Source: Macrostomum lignano
Lineage: Eukaryota
Direction: 5' to 3'
NCBI GenBank assembly: GCA_002269645.1
Contig: NIVC01000359.1
Location: forward strand, 404,356 to 468,355
DNA: 64,000 nucleotides
Made by a program: the position numbers and the translations under genes. Position 1 is the stretch's first letter; each line of letters opens with the position of its first letter. Shown here piece after piece: positions 62,942 through 64,000 of this stretch. The notes beneath the pieces are model-generated. The model searched no databases. It had not been told where the DNA came from and saw nothing but the letters and a program-made list of their open reading frames with translations.

Positions 62942-63621
62942 TTATTTATTTCCCTCCTTCCACCTCTCTTTTTTCTTCTTTCGGTCCATTGATCAGACCT
63001 TTTTCGCAAATTTTCAAGTTCTACGAGTGCTGGAATTCTTCTCCCTGCAGTTTCAGCAGCCGTGTTCATCGTCAGAGAGAGCAAAGCAGACTTTTTCGTA
63101 GCTGGTCCCATAAGGCTGTCTGTTCAGGCTCTGGGGAAGCAGGTCGAACGAATAGTGAGTAAGACAGAGACAGCCTGGATGAGGCGAGGGCAGCGAGAAA
63201 AGCAACAGAGAATGGCTGGAGAGCCATACGCTTTTCTATACTAGCAGACTTCTTCAGCTCAAGTAGAGGCCATCACGCATGAGAGCCTCCTAGATTATTG
63301 TAGGTTCTGGGAGCGGCTCGGCGTAAAATCGGGCTTGCGAGTTTTAGACTAATGCGAGCCCGATTTAAGCTGATAGTGGGCAACTTGAAACTATAAAAGC
63401 TATGTCAATAGGAGTCACCGAGTTCGAGTAAAGTATTTGTTTGGTCCAATTAGTTGCAAGCATTAGCAACGAATGAGTCAATTTTGATCTGAGTGGAGCA
63501 GTACCGGAACGGTGAAACTACGAAGCGCTATCCGGGAAGGATCACAGAGTGCAAGCAAAGTTCAAGAGGACTTGAAATCTTACGTTATTGTCTTCTCGAG
63601 TGAGGTTCTGCGAAAGGAGAG

Positions 63622-64000
63622 GGAAGGAGACAATGAGGGGAAGGAGACACATATGAGGGGGAAGGAGACAATGAAGGGGAAGGAGACACAATGAGGGGGA
63701 AGGAGACACAATGAGGGGAAGGAGACAATGAAGGTGGAGAGACAACAATGAGGGGAAGGAGACACAATGAGGCGGAAGGAGACACAATGAGGGGGAAGGA
63801 GACAATGAAGGGAAGGAGACACAATGAGGCGGAAGGAACAATGAAGGGGAAGGAGACACAATGAGGGGGAAGGAGACACAATGAGGGGGGAAGGAGACAC
63901 AATGAGGGGGAAGGAGACACAATGAAATGGAAGAGACACAATGATGGGCGAAGATACACAATGTGGTGAAGAGACACAATGAGGTGAAGAGACACAATGA
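63622..64000. repeat. Purine-rich minisatellite, about 19-22-bp unit (gggggaaggagacacaatga), runs off the window end
   Basis: Direct periodicity. Confidence 0.93.

Overview
Eukaryotic (animal) genomic DNA. GC-rich exons sit in AT-rich introns packed with minisatellites, which resembles the flatworm Macrostomum (organism identity is inference only). Seven protein-coding genes can be reconstructed by hand from GT-AG boundaries and phase continuity. Minus strand: a 3-exon type-II membrane protein with two tandem GT32-like DXD glycosyltransferase domains (7695-3266, 759 aa), a 2-exon double-Tudor protein (14781-11909, 542 aa), a 4-exon POGZ/ZNF280-like zinc-finger protein without a transposase domain (20084-15803, 686 aa) and a 5-exon glycogen phosphorylase (34723-23280, 863 aa). 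Plus strand: an intronless RING/TRAF-finger protein with two unrecognised Cys-rich repeats (37697-38716), an 8-exon Ack-like tyrosine kinase with DFG changed to DTG (45774-52250, 813 aa) and a 3-exon aquaporin with NPA/NPV motifs (55322-58010, 315 aa). There is also a frameshifted M13/neprilysin-like 3' segment lacking its zinc ligands. Mobile DNA comprises a DD37E Tc1/mariner-type transposase remnant, a complete tRNA-derived SINE with a 14-bp TSD, two fold-back elements, and RTE-like, BEL/Pao and Gypsy remnants. About 24 different tandem arrays are present; one of them amplifies an aquaporin splice donor about 8 times. Most of the short or repetitive ORFs in the six-frame track are artefacts of repeats or antisense reading. 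All gene models are manual and unverified by transcripts.
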